From NCBI GenBank assembly GCA_026387405.1, contig JAPLLV010000057.1, forward strand, positions 1,503-65,502: a DNA stretch of 64,000 nucleotides. The letters are read 5' to 3'. Shown here piece by piece: positions 46,756 to 58,122 of the stretch. Each line of letters begins with the position of its first letter. The stretch's first letter is position 1. The position numbers and the translations under genes were made by a program. Source of the DNA: Candidatus Omnitrophota bacterium (GTDB taxonomy: Bacteria; Omnitrophota; Gorgyraeia; Gygaellales; Profunditerraquicolaceae). The notes beneath the pieces are model-generated. The model searched no databases. It was given only the letters and a program-made list of their open reading frames with translations, and was not told where the DNA came from.

Positions 46756-47868
46756 GTGATGACTATGAACAGGACAAATAAATTCATTCGCTCATTATTT
46801 TTTTGCAGCGCGGTGTTTTACGCGTCTGTTCAGACGGCTTATGCTGTCACAGATAACTATTCTTATATCGGAGGACAGCAGTCTTGGACTGTTCCAGTTA
46901 CTGTCAGTTCTATCACTGTTGATGTTCAGGGAGCACAGGGAAGTGATAACCTGTACGCCGGCGGTAGTGTCGGAGCCATTGGTGGGAATGGCGGCCGGGT
47001 TCAGGCGACGGTAGCTGTCACTTCCGGAACCACTATTTATATCTATGTCGGCGGAAGAGCCGGCTATAACGGCGGCGGTCCAGCCACAGGGTATGTTATT
47101 GCGGGAGGAGGAGCATCTGATATCAGGATCGGCGGAACAACGTTGACTGATAGAAAGGTTGTTGCCGGCGGCGGCGGCGGTTCAGGAGCGTATTATGGTC
47201 TTGGTTTGCAGGGCGGCGCCGGAGGAGACACAACCGGAGGTACATATACTAATAGCGGCGGCGGCGGGACACAATCTGCCGGAGGAGGGGGTCCGACTTC
47301 GGGAAGTTGGGGGCAAGGAGCAACAGGAACCGGCGATGGTACTTGCGGCTGGGGCGGTAGTGGCGGCGGTGGTTACTATGGCGGTGGCAGCGGGTATTAT
47401 AACTGTTATTACTCAGGTTCCGGCGGCGGCGGCGGCGGTTCCTCCTGGACTGACAGTGGGATTGTTTCAGGCGTTACCCATACACAAGGATATCGAGCGG
47501 GAGATGGATTGATAAGCATTACTTATTCCCTGTCAGCACCGTCGGCGCCAACTTTATCTTCGCCTTCAAACGGGGCAACCAATGTGGCTATAAGCTCGAG
47601 CCTGAGTTGGAGTGATTCCAGCGGAGCGACGTCCTACAATTTACAGGTAGCCACGGATTCGGGTTTTTCAAATAAGATATACGATCTTACCGGTATCGTG
47701 CCTGCTTCCTATCTTGTAAGTTTAGTGATTAATACGACTTATTACTGGCGTGTGAGCGCAACAAACGCAGCGGGCACGAGCAGTTGGACTTCAGCATGGA
47801 GTTTTACGACCTCGACTGTCAAAATTCAGTTTGAAGGAGTAAAAATGGAAGGGGTGAAGGTAGACTAG
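46756..47868 (+). CDS. secreted glycine-rich protein with C-terminal Fn3-like domain
   Basis: Signal peptide; long GGxGG stretches (...GGGGGSGAYYGLGLQGGAGGDTTGG...). C-terminus ...SYNLQVATDSGFSNKIYDLTGIVPASYLVSLVINTTYYWRVSATNAAGTSSWTSAWSFTT is Fn3-like. Confidence 0.6.
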   Translation: MMTMNRTNKFIRSLFFCSAVFYASVQTAYAVTDNYSYIGGQQSWTVPVTVSSITVDVQGAQGSDNLYAGGSVGAIGGNGGRVQATVAVTSGTTIYIYVGGRAGYNGGGPATGYVIAGGGASDIRIGGTTLTDRKVVAGGGGGSGAYYGLGLQGGAGGDTTGGTYTNSGGGGTQSAGGGGPTSGSWGQGATGTGDGTCGWGGSGGGGYYGGGSGYYNCYYSGSGGGGGGSSWTDSGIVSGVTHTQGYRAGDGLISITYSLSAPSAPTLSSPSNGATNVAISSSLSWSDSSGATSYNLQVATDSGFSNKIYDLTGIVPASYLVSLVINTTYYWRVSATNAAGTSSWTSAWSFTTSTVKIQFEGVKMEGVKVD

Positions 47869-47880
47869 CTCATTTTAATT

Positions 47881-48677
47881 AGGGACAGCGACTATTTTTC
47901 CCGGCATTCTTTGGTAATTACTGAAATATTTCCGTTAGATTTTCCTTCCTTTTGCGTCTGTTAATAGTAGAAGGGAGGGATATACCATGCCTCGGATTGG
48001 CAGAGTAGTAGCTGTGGGTTTACCCCATCACATTACGCAAAGAGGAAACTATCAGCAAGATGTATTTCTTGAGCCAGATGACAGGAGGCAATACCTTAGC
48101 TGGATTAGAGAATATAGTCTAAAGTACAGCCTTTCCATTTTGGTCTATTGCCTGATGCAGAATCACGTGCACTTTATCGCTATCCCAAATGAAATTGATT
48201 CCCTGGCTAAGACATTCAATGCCGCTCATATGCGTTATTCGCAGTACTTTAACAAGAAGCTGAAGCAGCGAGGGCATCTCTGGCAAGGGCGTTTCTATTC
48301 TTGCGTATTAGACGAACCTCATCTTTTGCTTGCCGCCCGCTACATTGAAAGGAACCCTGTGCGCGCCGGCCTTGTAAAAAAACCGTGGCAGTGGCCTTGG
48401 TCAAGCGCGATAAGCCATGTCAATGGGAAAGAGAACGGTCTTATTGAACTTGGCGATCTTCTTGGGATTATAGGCATGTCATGTCCTTCATGGGAAAAAT
48501 ACATTGATTCCCCAGAAGAGAATAATTCCTTGCAGCGTATAAGAAAACATACCCTTACCGGGCATCCTTTGGGAACAATAGCATTTATAGAAAAACTGGA
48601 AGCAAAATTCGGCAGAAGGTTGTGTGCATTACCGATAGGCAGGCCGAAGAAAAACTAAGAAAATAGTCGCTGTCCCT
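47881..48677 (+). mobile_element. RAYT/IS200-like unit bounded by 18-bp perfect inverted repeats
   Basis: The left arm agggacagcgactatttt (47881-47898) and right arm aaaatagtcgctgtccct (48660-48677) are exact reverse complements. They enclose the transposase gene 47987-48658. Confidence 0.65.
47987..48658 (+). CDS. REP-associated tyrosine transposase / IS200-like Y1 HUH transposase (COG1943 family), copy 1
   Basis: ...GLPHHITQRGNYQQDVFL...ILVYCLMQNHVHFIAIP... (HxH motif) ...RYSQYFN... (catalytic Y region), similar to E. coli YafM-type RAYTs. Confidence 0.85.
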   Translation: MPRIGRVVAVGLPHHITQRGNYQQDVFLEPDDRRQYLSWIREYSLKYSLSILVYCLMQNHVHFIAIPNEIDSLAKTFNAAHMRYSQYFNKKLKQRGHLWQGRFYSCVLDEPHLLLAARYIERNPVRAGLVKKPWQWPWSSAISHVNGKENGLIELGDLLGIIGMSCPSWEKYIDSPEENNSLQRIRKHTLTGHPLGTIAFIEKLEAKFGRRLCALPIGRPKKN

Positions 48678-48756
48678 ATGTACCAATTGCAAATAAGGCT
48701 TTGGCAGAGCAGGATTAAAAAAGGTTCAATTATGCGCAAAGCGTTAATTCCGCCGT

Positions 48757-48772
48757 CACCGCGGGTCTGGAG
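48757..48772. repeat. REP-like motif, single arm (caccgcgggtctggag)
   Basis: 99 nt downstream of RAYT copy 1, immediately upstream of ORF 48775. Confidence 0.6.
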
Positions 48773-48774
48773 CT

Positions 48775-49194
48775 ATGATTAAAAAAATCACCGCAGAGAA
48801 TTTTAAACATTATGGCAGGGTAATTGAATATGCAGGCAAGCCAAAAAGCGGCCGGCATAGCCTTTTTCGCATTATAATGAGAGAGCCGCGGGAGTCTGGC
48901 TGGAGAATAGCCTATCTGTTGGTGCGGGATAAGGCCATCAGGCGGCTGGAGCAGCACCTGCATACCTACGAGAGCTTTGAACCGGTCAAAGGCAGAGCGC
49001 TTTTGTATCTATCTGCAACTAAAGACCTCCGGAAAATAGAGTGTTTTCTCCTGGATAAACCGGTGGTGCTATATAAAGGCATCTGGCACGGCGTGGTGAC
49101 GTTGGGCAGGGAATCAGAGATAAAGATAACCGAGAATGCCCGGGTGAGGTCGTCTTACTGGAGTGTCGGAACTGTTCTAGGCGGGAGAAGGTAA
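48775..49194 (+). CDS. cupin-fold protein resembling ureidoglycolate lyase (AllA-like); function uncertain
   Basis: ...FKHYGRVIE...LEQHLHTYESFEPVKGRALLYLS...VLYKGIWHGVV... parallels AllA motifs (YGDVIE / LERHPLGTQAFIPMKG / NYHRNVWHH). Confidence 0.4.
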   Translation: MIKKITAENFKHYGRVIEYAGKPKSGRHSLFRIIMREPRESGWRIAYLLVRDKAIRRLEQHLHTYESFEPVKGRALLYLSATKDLRKIECFLLDKPVVLYKGIWHGVVTLGRESEIKITENARVRSSYWSVGTVLGGRR

Positions 49195-49195
49195 G

Positions 49196-49290
49196 ATATT
49201 GTTCTCCCTGCCTGCCTGCCTGCAGGCAGGGACTCGGTAAAAAATATTCTTCGAGTGAAATCGAGAAGAAGATTTTTTACCTCGCTCGAA
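49196..49290. repeat. composite interspersed repeat (ctgcctgcc..ggcaggcagggactcgg hairpin + ttcttcgagtg..tcgagaag + cctcgctcgaacaata)
   Basis: Near-copy of 59896-60013; sits just upstream of tRNA-Pro. Confidence 0.55.
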
Positions 49291-49392
49291 CAATAACACC
49301 TATCGTGCTTCGTGCCCTTCCGTGCCATTTTCGTGCCCCTTTTCGTTTGCCAACCCAAAAAATTTCTGTTATACTAATTAAACATTATTTTT

Positions 49393-49470
49393 CGGGGAGT
49401 AGCTCAGTTTGGCTAGAGCGTTTGGTTCGGGACCAAAAGGTCGTGGGTTCAAGTCCCACCTCCCCGACCA
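49393..49470 (+). tRNA. tRNA-Pro (anticodon CGG)
   Basis: Cloverleaf folds by hand: acceptor cggggag/ctccccg, D-stem gctc/gagc, anticodon stem tttgg/ccaaa with loop ttCGGga, T-arm gtggg-ttcaagt-cccac, discriminator A, encoded CCA. Confidence 0.85.
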
Positions 49471-49498
49471 TTCTAAAACGCCGCCTTTTATAGATCCG

Positions 49499-52315
<2,817 letters not shown>

Positions 52316-52324
52316 GAAAAATTT

Positions 52325-52430
52325 ACGTCATTGCGAGGGCGCCTTTTGCCCGAAGCAATCCCTCCTGAAAGCGAGATTGCTTCCCGCCACGCTTCGCTCG
52401 CGGCTTCGGCTCTGACCGCTCGCAATGACA
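52325..52430. repeat. RPE-like MITE, copy F
   Basis: acgtcattgcgagggcgcc...gaagcaatccctcctgaaagcgagattgcttc...gctcgcaatgacaac. Confidence 0.7.
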
Positions 52431-52439
52431 ACTGTGACT

Positions 52440-53075
52440 ATGATCCTGGAAACCCTTAGTTTAGGCGCGATAGAGACTAATTGCTATGTCCTGGCGGTTC
52501 AAGAAGGGGCCGGCGCTGTAATCATCGACCCCGGGGCAGAGGAGCGCAAAATAAGGGCAGTGCTGGCAAGGTATGATCTGCATCCGGAGCTGGTGGTAAA
52601 TACCCACGGCCATTATGACCATATAGGCTGCGACGACAAATTCAATGTGCCGGTTGCGATACACAAAGACGATGTCTCTTTTTTGAAAGATCCCATGCTT
52701 AACCTGTCCGGGATGTTTTCTGTTCCTTATAAAACAGATGCCGAGATAATACCCCTGGAGGATAAACAGGTTATAGAGCAGGGCGGGATAACCTTAGAGG
52801 CCTTGCATATACCCGGACATACGCCTGGAGGCATCGCTCTTTTATTGAAGAGCCCGCAGAATAATATCGTTTTCACCGGGGATACATTATTTTGCCGGGG
52901 AATAGGCAGGTCCGATTTAGACGGGGGAGATGGGGCGCTGCTTATTCGCAAGATAAAAGAAAAATTGTTCAGCCTCCCCGACAATACGATGGTTTATCCC
53001 GGCCACGGTCCATCTACTACGATCGGCGAAGAAAAACAGCACAATCCCTATTTCCAGACCCGCGGTGGAGGTTAG
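52440..53075 (+). CDS. MBL-fold metallo-hydrolase (hydroxyacylglutathione hydrolase-like)
   Basis: Metal-binding motif VNTHGHYDHIG, later HIPGHTPG and PGHG. The track start 52425 lies inside MITE F; ATG 52440 is more likely. The last 8 codons overlap a REP arm. Confidence 0.75.
   Translation: MILETLSLGAIETNCYVLAVQEGAGAVIIDPGAEERKIRAVLARYDLHPELVVNTHGHYDHIGCDDKFNVPVAIHKDDVSFLKDPMLNLSGMFSVPYKTDAEIIPLEDKQVIEQGGITLEALHIPGHTPGGIALLLKSPQNNIVFTGDTLFCRGIGRSDLDGGDGALLIRKIKEKLFSLPDNTMVYPGHGPSTTIGEEKQHNPYFQTRGGG
53052..53069. repeat. REP-like motif, single arm, overlapping the 3' end of the MBL hydrolase gene
   Basis: ttccagacccgcggtgga. Confidence 0.6.
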
Positions 53076-53157
53076 AACGTGGTAAAAAAGGAAAGAATCT
53101 GAAAAAAAGGCGTTAGATTTCATCACTCCTTACGTCTTGTAATATAGGGGGTGATAT

Positions 53158-53793
53158 ATGTCTTATAGAAAAACGCCTTTGGTTGAAGGTAATGTTTATC
53201 ATGTTTACACTAGAAGCATTGCAGGGTATGTAGTTTTCAGCGGCGAACGCGAGTATCATCGTGCGTTGGAGACAATAAATTTCTACGTTGCAGAACATCC
53301 GCCTAGTAAATTTTCTTCCAGACCCGCGGTGGAAGTGGATAAAGGAGAAAAGCTGGCTCGGATAATCGCCTATTGCTTGATGCCTACACACATACATTTG
53401 GTTCTGCAGCAGTTGAAAAAGAATGGAATTTCTCGGTTGATGAATTTGGCGTTTAACAGTTACAGTTCCTATTTCAATAAAAAACATAACAGGAGGGGCC
53501 CGCTTTGGGAAAGCAGGTTTAAAGTCGTGCCTGTAGAAAGCGACGAACAGTTACTACATCTGACCAGGTATATTCATTTAAACCCGGTGACTGCTTTTTT
53601 GGTAAACAGTCCTGAAGGATGGACATATTCCTCTTATCGTGAATACCTCGGTCTTGTGGAAGAAAGACAAAGAATCTGTGAATTCTCCAATTGTCTTGAG
53701 ATTAATGCTCTGGAGTATCAGCGTTTTGTTTGCGATCGCATCGGTTATCAACGGGAATTGGCCAGGATAAAAAATCTACTTATTGACGAATAA
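53158..53793 (+). CDS. REP-associated tyrosine transposase / IS200-like Y1 HUH transposase (COG1943 family), copy 2
   Basis: ...YHVYTRSIAGYVVF...IIAYCLMPTHIHLVLQ... (HxH) ...SYSSYFNKKHNRRGPLWESRF... It carries an internal in-frame REP arm at 53316-53335 (peptide SRPAVE). Confidence 0.85.
   Translation: MSYRKTPLVEGNVYHVYTRSIAGYVVFSGEREYHRALETINFYVAEHPPSKFSSRPAVEVDKGEKLARIIAYCLMPTHIHLVLQQLKKNGISRLMNLAFNSYSSYFNKKHNRRGPLWESRFKVVPVESDEQLLHLTRYIHLNPVTAFLVNSPEGWTYSSYREYLGLVEERQRICEFSNCLEINALEYQRFVCDRIGYQRELARIKNLLIDE
53316..53335. repeat. REP-like motif, single arm, inside the RAYT copy 2 coding sequence
   Basis: ttccagacccgcggtggaag, shares the extended form ...ggaagtgg with the copy at 53808. 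Confidence 0.6.
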
Positions 53794-53807
53794 ACCTTTA
53801 TTTTTCC

Positions 53808-53826
53808 TCCAGACCCGCGGTGGAAG
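53808..53826. repeat. REP-like motif, single arm, just 3' of RAYT copy 2
   Basis: ctccagacccgcggtggaagtgg. Confidence 0.6.
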
Positions 53827-53852
53827 TGGGGAAATAACCCATTTTTAACGGT

Positions 53853-54740
53853 ATGAAAGAATTTATTGAGATGTTTCTGAACTATCTTTCCGTGGAGCGG
53901 GGCCTGGCCCGTAACACGATACTCTCTTATAAGGATGACCTTAATATCTATATGGATTTCCTGGCTAAAAAGAATATCGACGCCCTCGCCCGGACTACCC
54001 GCAGCGATATCACTAATTTCATGCTTGACCAGAAGGATAAGAGCATGGCGGCTAATTCCATTGCCCGGCGCCTGGCGGCGATAAAATCCTTCCACCGTTT
54101 TTTATTCCGGGAGAGGATTCTGCAGGCCGACCCGACCAGCCTTATTGAATCTCCCAAGCTTTGGAAAAAGATACCCGACGCGCTCTCGCTCAGCGAGGTG
54201 GAGTCGCTGCTTAGTCGGCCAAACCTGCGGCAGACACAGGGGATCCGCGATAAAGCTATCCTGGAAACTCTTTACGCCACGGGCATGCGTGTTTCCGAGG
54301 CAGTAAACTTGAGGGTCGACGGCGTTAATCTAGACATAGGTTTTTTGCGCTGTATCGGCAAAGGCAACAAAGAGCGCGTGATCCCTTTGGGGAGAAAAGC
54401 CATTATCAGTATCCAGCGTTATCTGAAAGTTTGCCGTCCTCGGCTATTAAAGCAAAGGGAGTGCGAATTTTTGTTTGTCAGCCGGCTGGGCAAGAAGATC
54501 TCGCGGCAGTCCATCTGGAAACTCATAAAAAGATATGCCAAAGACGCCAGGATAAAAAAGACGATTAAGGTGCACACCCTGAGACACTCCTTTGCCACGC
54601 ATCTTTTAGAGAGAGGCGCGGACTTGCGTTCTGTCCAGGAGATGCTCGGGCATGCGAATATCTCCACTACGCAGATCTACACGCATATAAATAAGGACAG
54701 GCTTAAGGCTATACACAAGATGTTCCACCCCAGGCCGTAG
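53853..54740 (+). CDS. site-specific tyrosine recombinase XerC/XerD family
   Basis: ...HTLRHSFATHLLERGADLRSVQEMLGHANISTTQIYTHI... with catalytic R..H..R..Y; N-terminal SAM-like domain. Confidence 0.85.
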   Translation: MKEFIEMFLNYLSVERGLARNTILSYKDDLNIYMDFLAKKNIDALARTTRSDITNFMLDQKDKSMAANSIARRLAAIKSFHRFLFRERILQADPTSLIESPKLWKKIPDALSLSEVESLLSRPNLRQTQGIRDKAILETLYATGMRVSEAVNLRVDGVNLDIGFLRCIGKGNKERVIPLGRKAIISIQRYLKVCRPRLLKQRECEFLFVSRLGKKISRQSIWKLIKRYAKDARIKKTIKVHTLRHSFATHLLERGADLRSVQEMLGHANISTTQIYTHINKDRLKAIHKMFHPRP

Positions 54741-54742
54741 AT

Positions 54743-55504
54743 ATGGAAAAACATTTAAAAAGATTACCCAAGGAAATCCTGGATTTGATCTATTTGGCGC
54801 GGGATATCTCAACCAAGGAAGGCGTCCCTGCGTATCTGGTGGGCGGCTGCGTCAGGGATTTGTTTTTGGGGACGAGCCACCTTGATTTGGATATCGTGGT
54901 TGAGGGCGATGCTATCAGTTTTGCCGATGAATTCGGCCGCAGGCTGGGAGTAAAGGTTATCCACCACCGCAGGTTCGGCACGGCTGCCGTGCCTCTGGCC
55001 GGGCATCTCAAGGTAGATTTTGCTACCAGCCGGAAGGAATATTATCCGCACCCCGCAGATCTGCCGGTGGTCAGCCCCAGCTCTTTAAAGGACGACCTTT
55101 TCCGCCGGGATTTCAGCATCAATGCCATGGCCATTAATATCACCGCGCGTAATTTCGGCAAAGTAGTGGATTTATTCGGGGGAAAAGCCGACCTGGATAA
55201 GCGTATCATCCGGGTGATGCATGTAAGAAGCTTTATTGACGACCCCACGCGTATTCTTCGGGCGATCCGTTTTGAACAACGGTTAGGTTTCCGCATTGAA
55301 GCGCATACCTTAAGATATATTAAGGAAGCCATAAAACATCATAATATCTTTGCGCACATTAAACCATCCAGAGTTGTCCGGGAATTAGAGTTGATACTTA
55401 AGGAAGATAGGGCTATTGATTGTCTGCTGCGCCTAAATCAGTTATGCGGGCTTAAAGTTGATGAATGGATAGCTAAGAGGAGTCAGCATGTCAAGACACG
55501 ATAA
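54743..55504 (+). CDS. tRNA nucleotidyltransferase / poly(A) polymerase head-domain protein (short, 253 aa)
   Basis: ...PAYLVGGCVRDLFLG...DLDIVVEG... is the Pol-beta-like head domain of the CCA-adding/PAP family. Confidence 0.6.
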   Translation: MEKHLKRLPKEILDLIYLARDISTKEGVPAYLVGGCVRDLFLGTSHLDLDIVVEGDAISFADEFGRRLGVKVIHHRRFGTAAVPLAGHLKVDFATSRKEYYPHPADLPVVSPSSLKDDLFRRDFSINAMAINITARNFGKVVDLFGGKADLDKRIIRVMHVRSFIDDPTRILRAIRFEQRLGFRIEAHTLRYIKEAIKHHNIFAHIKPSRVVRELELILKEDRAIDCLLRLNQLCGLKVDEWIAKRSQHVKTR

Positions 55505-55892
55505 GGTTACGAAGGCATTACAGAGAGAGATCAGCAGTATCATTCACGATGAGTTAAAAGACCCGCGTCTGGGGTTTGTTACGATAACCAAGGTCGAGCT
55601 TTCCAATGACCTGAGGTTTGCCAAGGTATTTTTCAGCGTCCTGGGCAAGGAGCAGGATTATAAGAAGACCCAGGAGGCCTTGGATTCGGCATCGGGTTTT
55701 ATCAAAAAACTCATCTGCGAAAGGATCGCCTTGCGCTTTGCGCCGGAAATAATTTTTCGCGACGATCACTCCGTGGAATATAGCGTTCGGATAGAAGAGA
55801 TACTCAACCAGATAAAGAAGGAAGAAACAGGGGAAAAGGAAGAGGAGCAGGATGCAACTAAAAAAATTAGCCGCCGCGCTAAGAAAAAATAA
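55488..55892 (+). CDS. rbfA: ribosome-binding factor A
   Basis: ...RLGFVTITKVELSNDLRFAKVFFSVLG... is the RbfA KH-like fold signature; acidic tail. Confidence 0.85.
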   Translation: MSRHDKVTKALQREISSIIHDELKDPRLGFVTITKVELSNDLRFAKVFFSVLGKEQDYKKTQEALDSASGFIKKLICERIALRFAPEIIFRDDHSVEYSVRIEEILNQIKKEETGEKEEEQDATKKISRRAKKK

Positions 55893-56829
55893 AAGATTCC
55901 TCATTACCACCCATATCAGTATGGAACCGGATGCCTTGGGTTCAGAGCTCGCCTTATATTTTTTACTGCGCAGGCTGGGCAAAGAAGCGATAATCGTGAA
56001 TGACGACAAGGTTATTGGAGAATACGCATTCCTTCCCGGGTTAAGGTATGTCAAGAGGCTCGACAGCCGGATAAAGAATATCCGCTTTGATTGTTTTGCG
56101 ATCTTGGATTGTTCGGACCTAAGCCGCTGCGGTGAGGTGGCAAACCTTAAGGCTAATTCCCGGCTCACGCTTAATATCGACCATCATATAAGCAATGCTC
56201 TTTTCGGCAATATAAATTGGGTGGAACCCGGCATGTCTTCGGCCTCCGAAATGATATATAAATTGTACAAAAAAATGCGCGTCCCCATCAATAAGGATGT
56301 GGCTCTGCTTTTATTTTCCGGCATTGCCACAGACACGGGATTTTTCCGTTATGCCAACACCTCAAGCGATACCCACAAGGCGGCGGCGGAATTGTTAGGG
56401 CACGGGGTAAACTCAAGCTCGGTTTACCGGCATGTCTATGAAGACGTGCCCTTTAGAGATGCCATTATTTTAGCCGGAGAGCTCTCCAAGATAAAGTCTG
56501 ATTGTCAGGGCAGGGTAGTATGGTCCAGTATCAGGAAGGCGACTGTTAAAAGGACAAGCGGGGAGTTTGACCTGGGGGATCATTTTTTGAGTTTTATGCG
56601 CGCGATAAAAGGAGTAGAAGTAGCGGTATTGTTCAAGGAGAACTTCGGCAGAGACAGGAAAGAGATCAAGGTGAACTTCCGTTCGCAAGGCAAGGTTGAT
56701 GTGAACAGCATCGCCAAATTTTTTGGAGGAGGAGGACACAGGACTGCCAGCGGCGCAACTATTGCCGGCAGCCTGGACGCAGTGAAGAAAAGGGTGTTGG
56801 CAAAGATAAGGGGGACACTTCTGTCATAA
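55852..56829 (+). CDS. nrnA: DHH-family phosphoesterase (NrnA-like bifunctional oligoribonuclease/pAp phosphatase)
   Basis: DHH motifs (..LNIDHHISN..), DHHA1-type C-terminus (..GGGGHRTASGA..). The rbfA-nrnA pairing is conserved in many bacteria. Confidence 0.75.
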   Translation: MQLKKLAAALRKNKRFLITTHISMEPDALGSELALYFLLRRLGKEAIIVNDDKVIGEYAFLPGLRYVKRLDSRIKNIRFDCFAILDCSDLSRCGEVANLKANSRLTLNIDHHISNALFGNINWVEPGMSSASEMIYKLYKKMRVPINKDVALLLFSGIATDTGFFRYANTSSDTHKAAAELLGHGVNSSSVYRHVYEDVPFRDAIILAGELSKIKSDCQGRVVWSSIRKATVKRTSGEFDLGDHFLSFMRAIKGVEVAVLFKENFGRDRKEIKVNFRSQGKVDVNSIAKFFGGGGHRTASGATIAGSLDAVKKRVLAKIRGTLLS

Positions 56830-56868
56830 CTCAATATACCACAGCATGTTATCTAGAAACGGTCTACT

Positions 56869-57978
56869 ATGAAGGTAATAAGGGGAATTTCAAATATCAG
56901 GCGTTTTCCGCTGCCGGTGGTGGCATTAGGCGTATTTGACGGCGTGCACCTGGGGCACAGGAGTATTCTTTCGGCGGCGGTTGAGACTGCCAAAGAAATA
57001 AGAGGGACCAGCGTTGCCGTGACCTTCTGGCCGCACCCGCAAAATAGGAAGAGCCTTTATTCTCTTGAACATCGCCTGCGCATAATCGGCGAATTGGGGC
57101 TTCAGGCGGCGATCGTAATAAAGTTTACCGGGGCGTTCTCGCGCCTTTCGGCAGAGCGTTTTGTCAAAGACATCCTCGTGGATCGCATTTCGGCCCGTTA
57201 TATCTTCATAGGAAAAAATTTCCATTTCGGTAAAGATAGAAAGGGTGATTACCGCCTTTTGCAAAGATCCTCCGCGCGAAATAATTTTAAAGTAAGGGTA
57301 TTTGAGATCATACGGCGTAAAGATATGCCCATAAGCAGCACGTTGTTGCGCGAGCTGATAAGCCGAGGAGAATTATCCCGGGCAAGGCAATTATTGCTGC
57401 GGCCGGTGAGTGTTCTGGGCACAGTGATCAAGGGGGAGTCCAGAGGTTCTTCCCTGGGATTTCCCACGGCCAATATCGACCCACATCATGAGGTGCTTCC
57501 TCCTGACGGGATTTACGCGGTGCGCGTTATCCTGGGAGGGAAAAAGTTTAAAGGCGTTTGTTATATAGGTAAAAAGCCTACTTTTAGAAAGCATCTATCC
57601 AATAATCGTCATTGCGAGGAGGCTGAAGAGATTCCTCGCCTGTCATTGCGAGGCACCGCAGGTGCCGAAGCAATCTCTATAACAGGCTCGGAACAGGCTG
57701 CGCAATCTCAAAAACAGGATTGCTTCGCCCCCTGCCTTGCCGGCAGGCAGGCTTCGGGGCTCGCAATGACGGTTGCCGGGCAGTTTCCGAGGCGCCGAGA
57801 GTCAACAGGCATTGAGGTGCATATCCTGGGTTTTCACAGGAATATTTACGCTAAGACGTTAGAGATACAATTTATAAAAAAAATAAGGGAGGACAGGAAA
57901 TTCAGTTCCGCATTAAAGCTCTCCGGCCAGATAAAAAAAGATATATCCCGCGCAAAAAACATTTTTTCCCACACCTGA
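56869..57978 (+). CDS. ribF: bifunctional riboflavin kinase / FMN adenylyltransferase, carrying an in-frame MITE insertion (~56 codons)
   Basis: N-terminal ...VVALGVFDGVHLGHRSIL... The kinase region ...GVCYIGKKPTF... is separated from ...GIEVHILGFHRNIYAKTLEIQFIKKIREDRKF... by the translated MITE (SNNRHCEEAEEIPRLSLRGTAGAEAISI...GLAMTVAG). Confidence 0.85.
   Translation: MKVIRGISNIRRFPLPVVALGVFDGVHLGHRSILSAAVETAKEIRGTSVAVTFWPHPQNRKSLYSLEHRLRIIGELGLQAAIVIKFTGAFSRLSAERFVKDILVDRISARYIFIGKNFHFGKDRKGDYRLLQRSSARNNFKVRVFEIIRRKDMPISSTLLRELISRGELSRARQLLLRPVSVLGTVIKGESRGSSLGFPTANIDPHHEVLPPDGIYAVRVILGGKKFKGVCYIGKKPTFRKHLSNNRHCEEAEEIPRLSLRGTAGAEAISITGSEQAAQSQKQDCFAPCLAGRQASGLAMTVAGQFPRRRESTGIEVHILGFHRNIYAKTLEIQFIKKIREDRKFSSALKLSGQIKKDISRAKNIFSHT
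57605..57772. repeat. RPE-like MITE, copy G (compound: two left termini), inserted in-frame within ribF
   Basis: tcgtcattgcgaggaggctgaagagattcctcgcctgtcattgcgaggcaccgcaggtgccgaagcaatctc...gattgcttcgccccctgccttgccggcaggcaggcttcggggctcgcaatgacgg. Confidence 0.75.
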
Positions 57979-58122
57979 TTACCCACTATATCTTGAAGTA
58001 CGGTTAATAAAATTACACTACGGATAGTGTTTAATTTATCAAGGTAAATTTTTGTCTTGACAAAAAAAGCATTTCTCCCTATACTTGGGATACTAGTGGT
58101 ATAAAGTGGAGTAAAGTGGATT

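Noticed and set aside
47159-47512. ORF of 117 aa (Ala/Val-rich) inside the glycine-rich protein gene
   Set aside because: Alternative-frame reading of GGC/GGA-rich coding sequence; no independent signal.
49409-49498. N-terminal 30 codons of track ORF 49409-49771 (TTG start) overlapping the tRNA
   Set aside because: This stretch is the tRNA-Pro gene itself. The acylphosphatase homology begins at ATG 49499.
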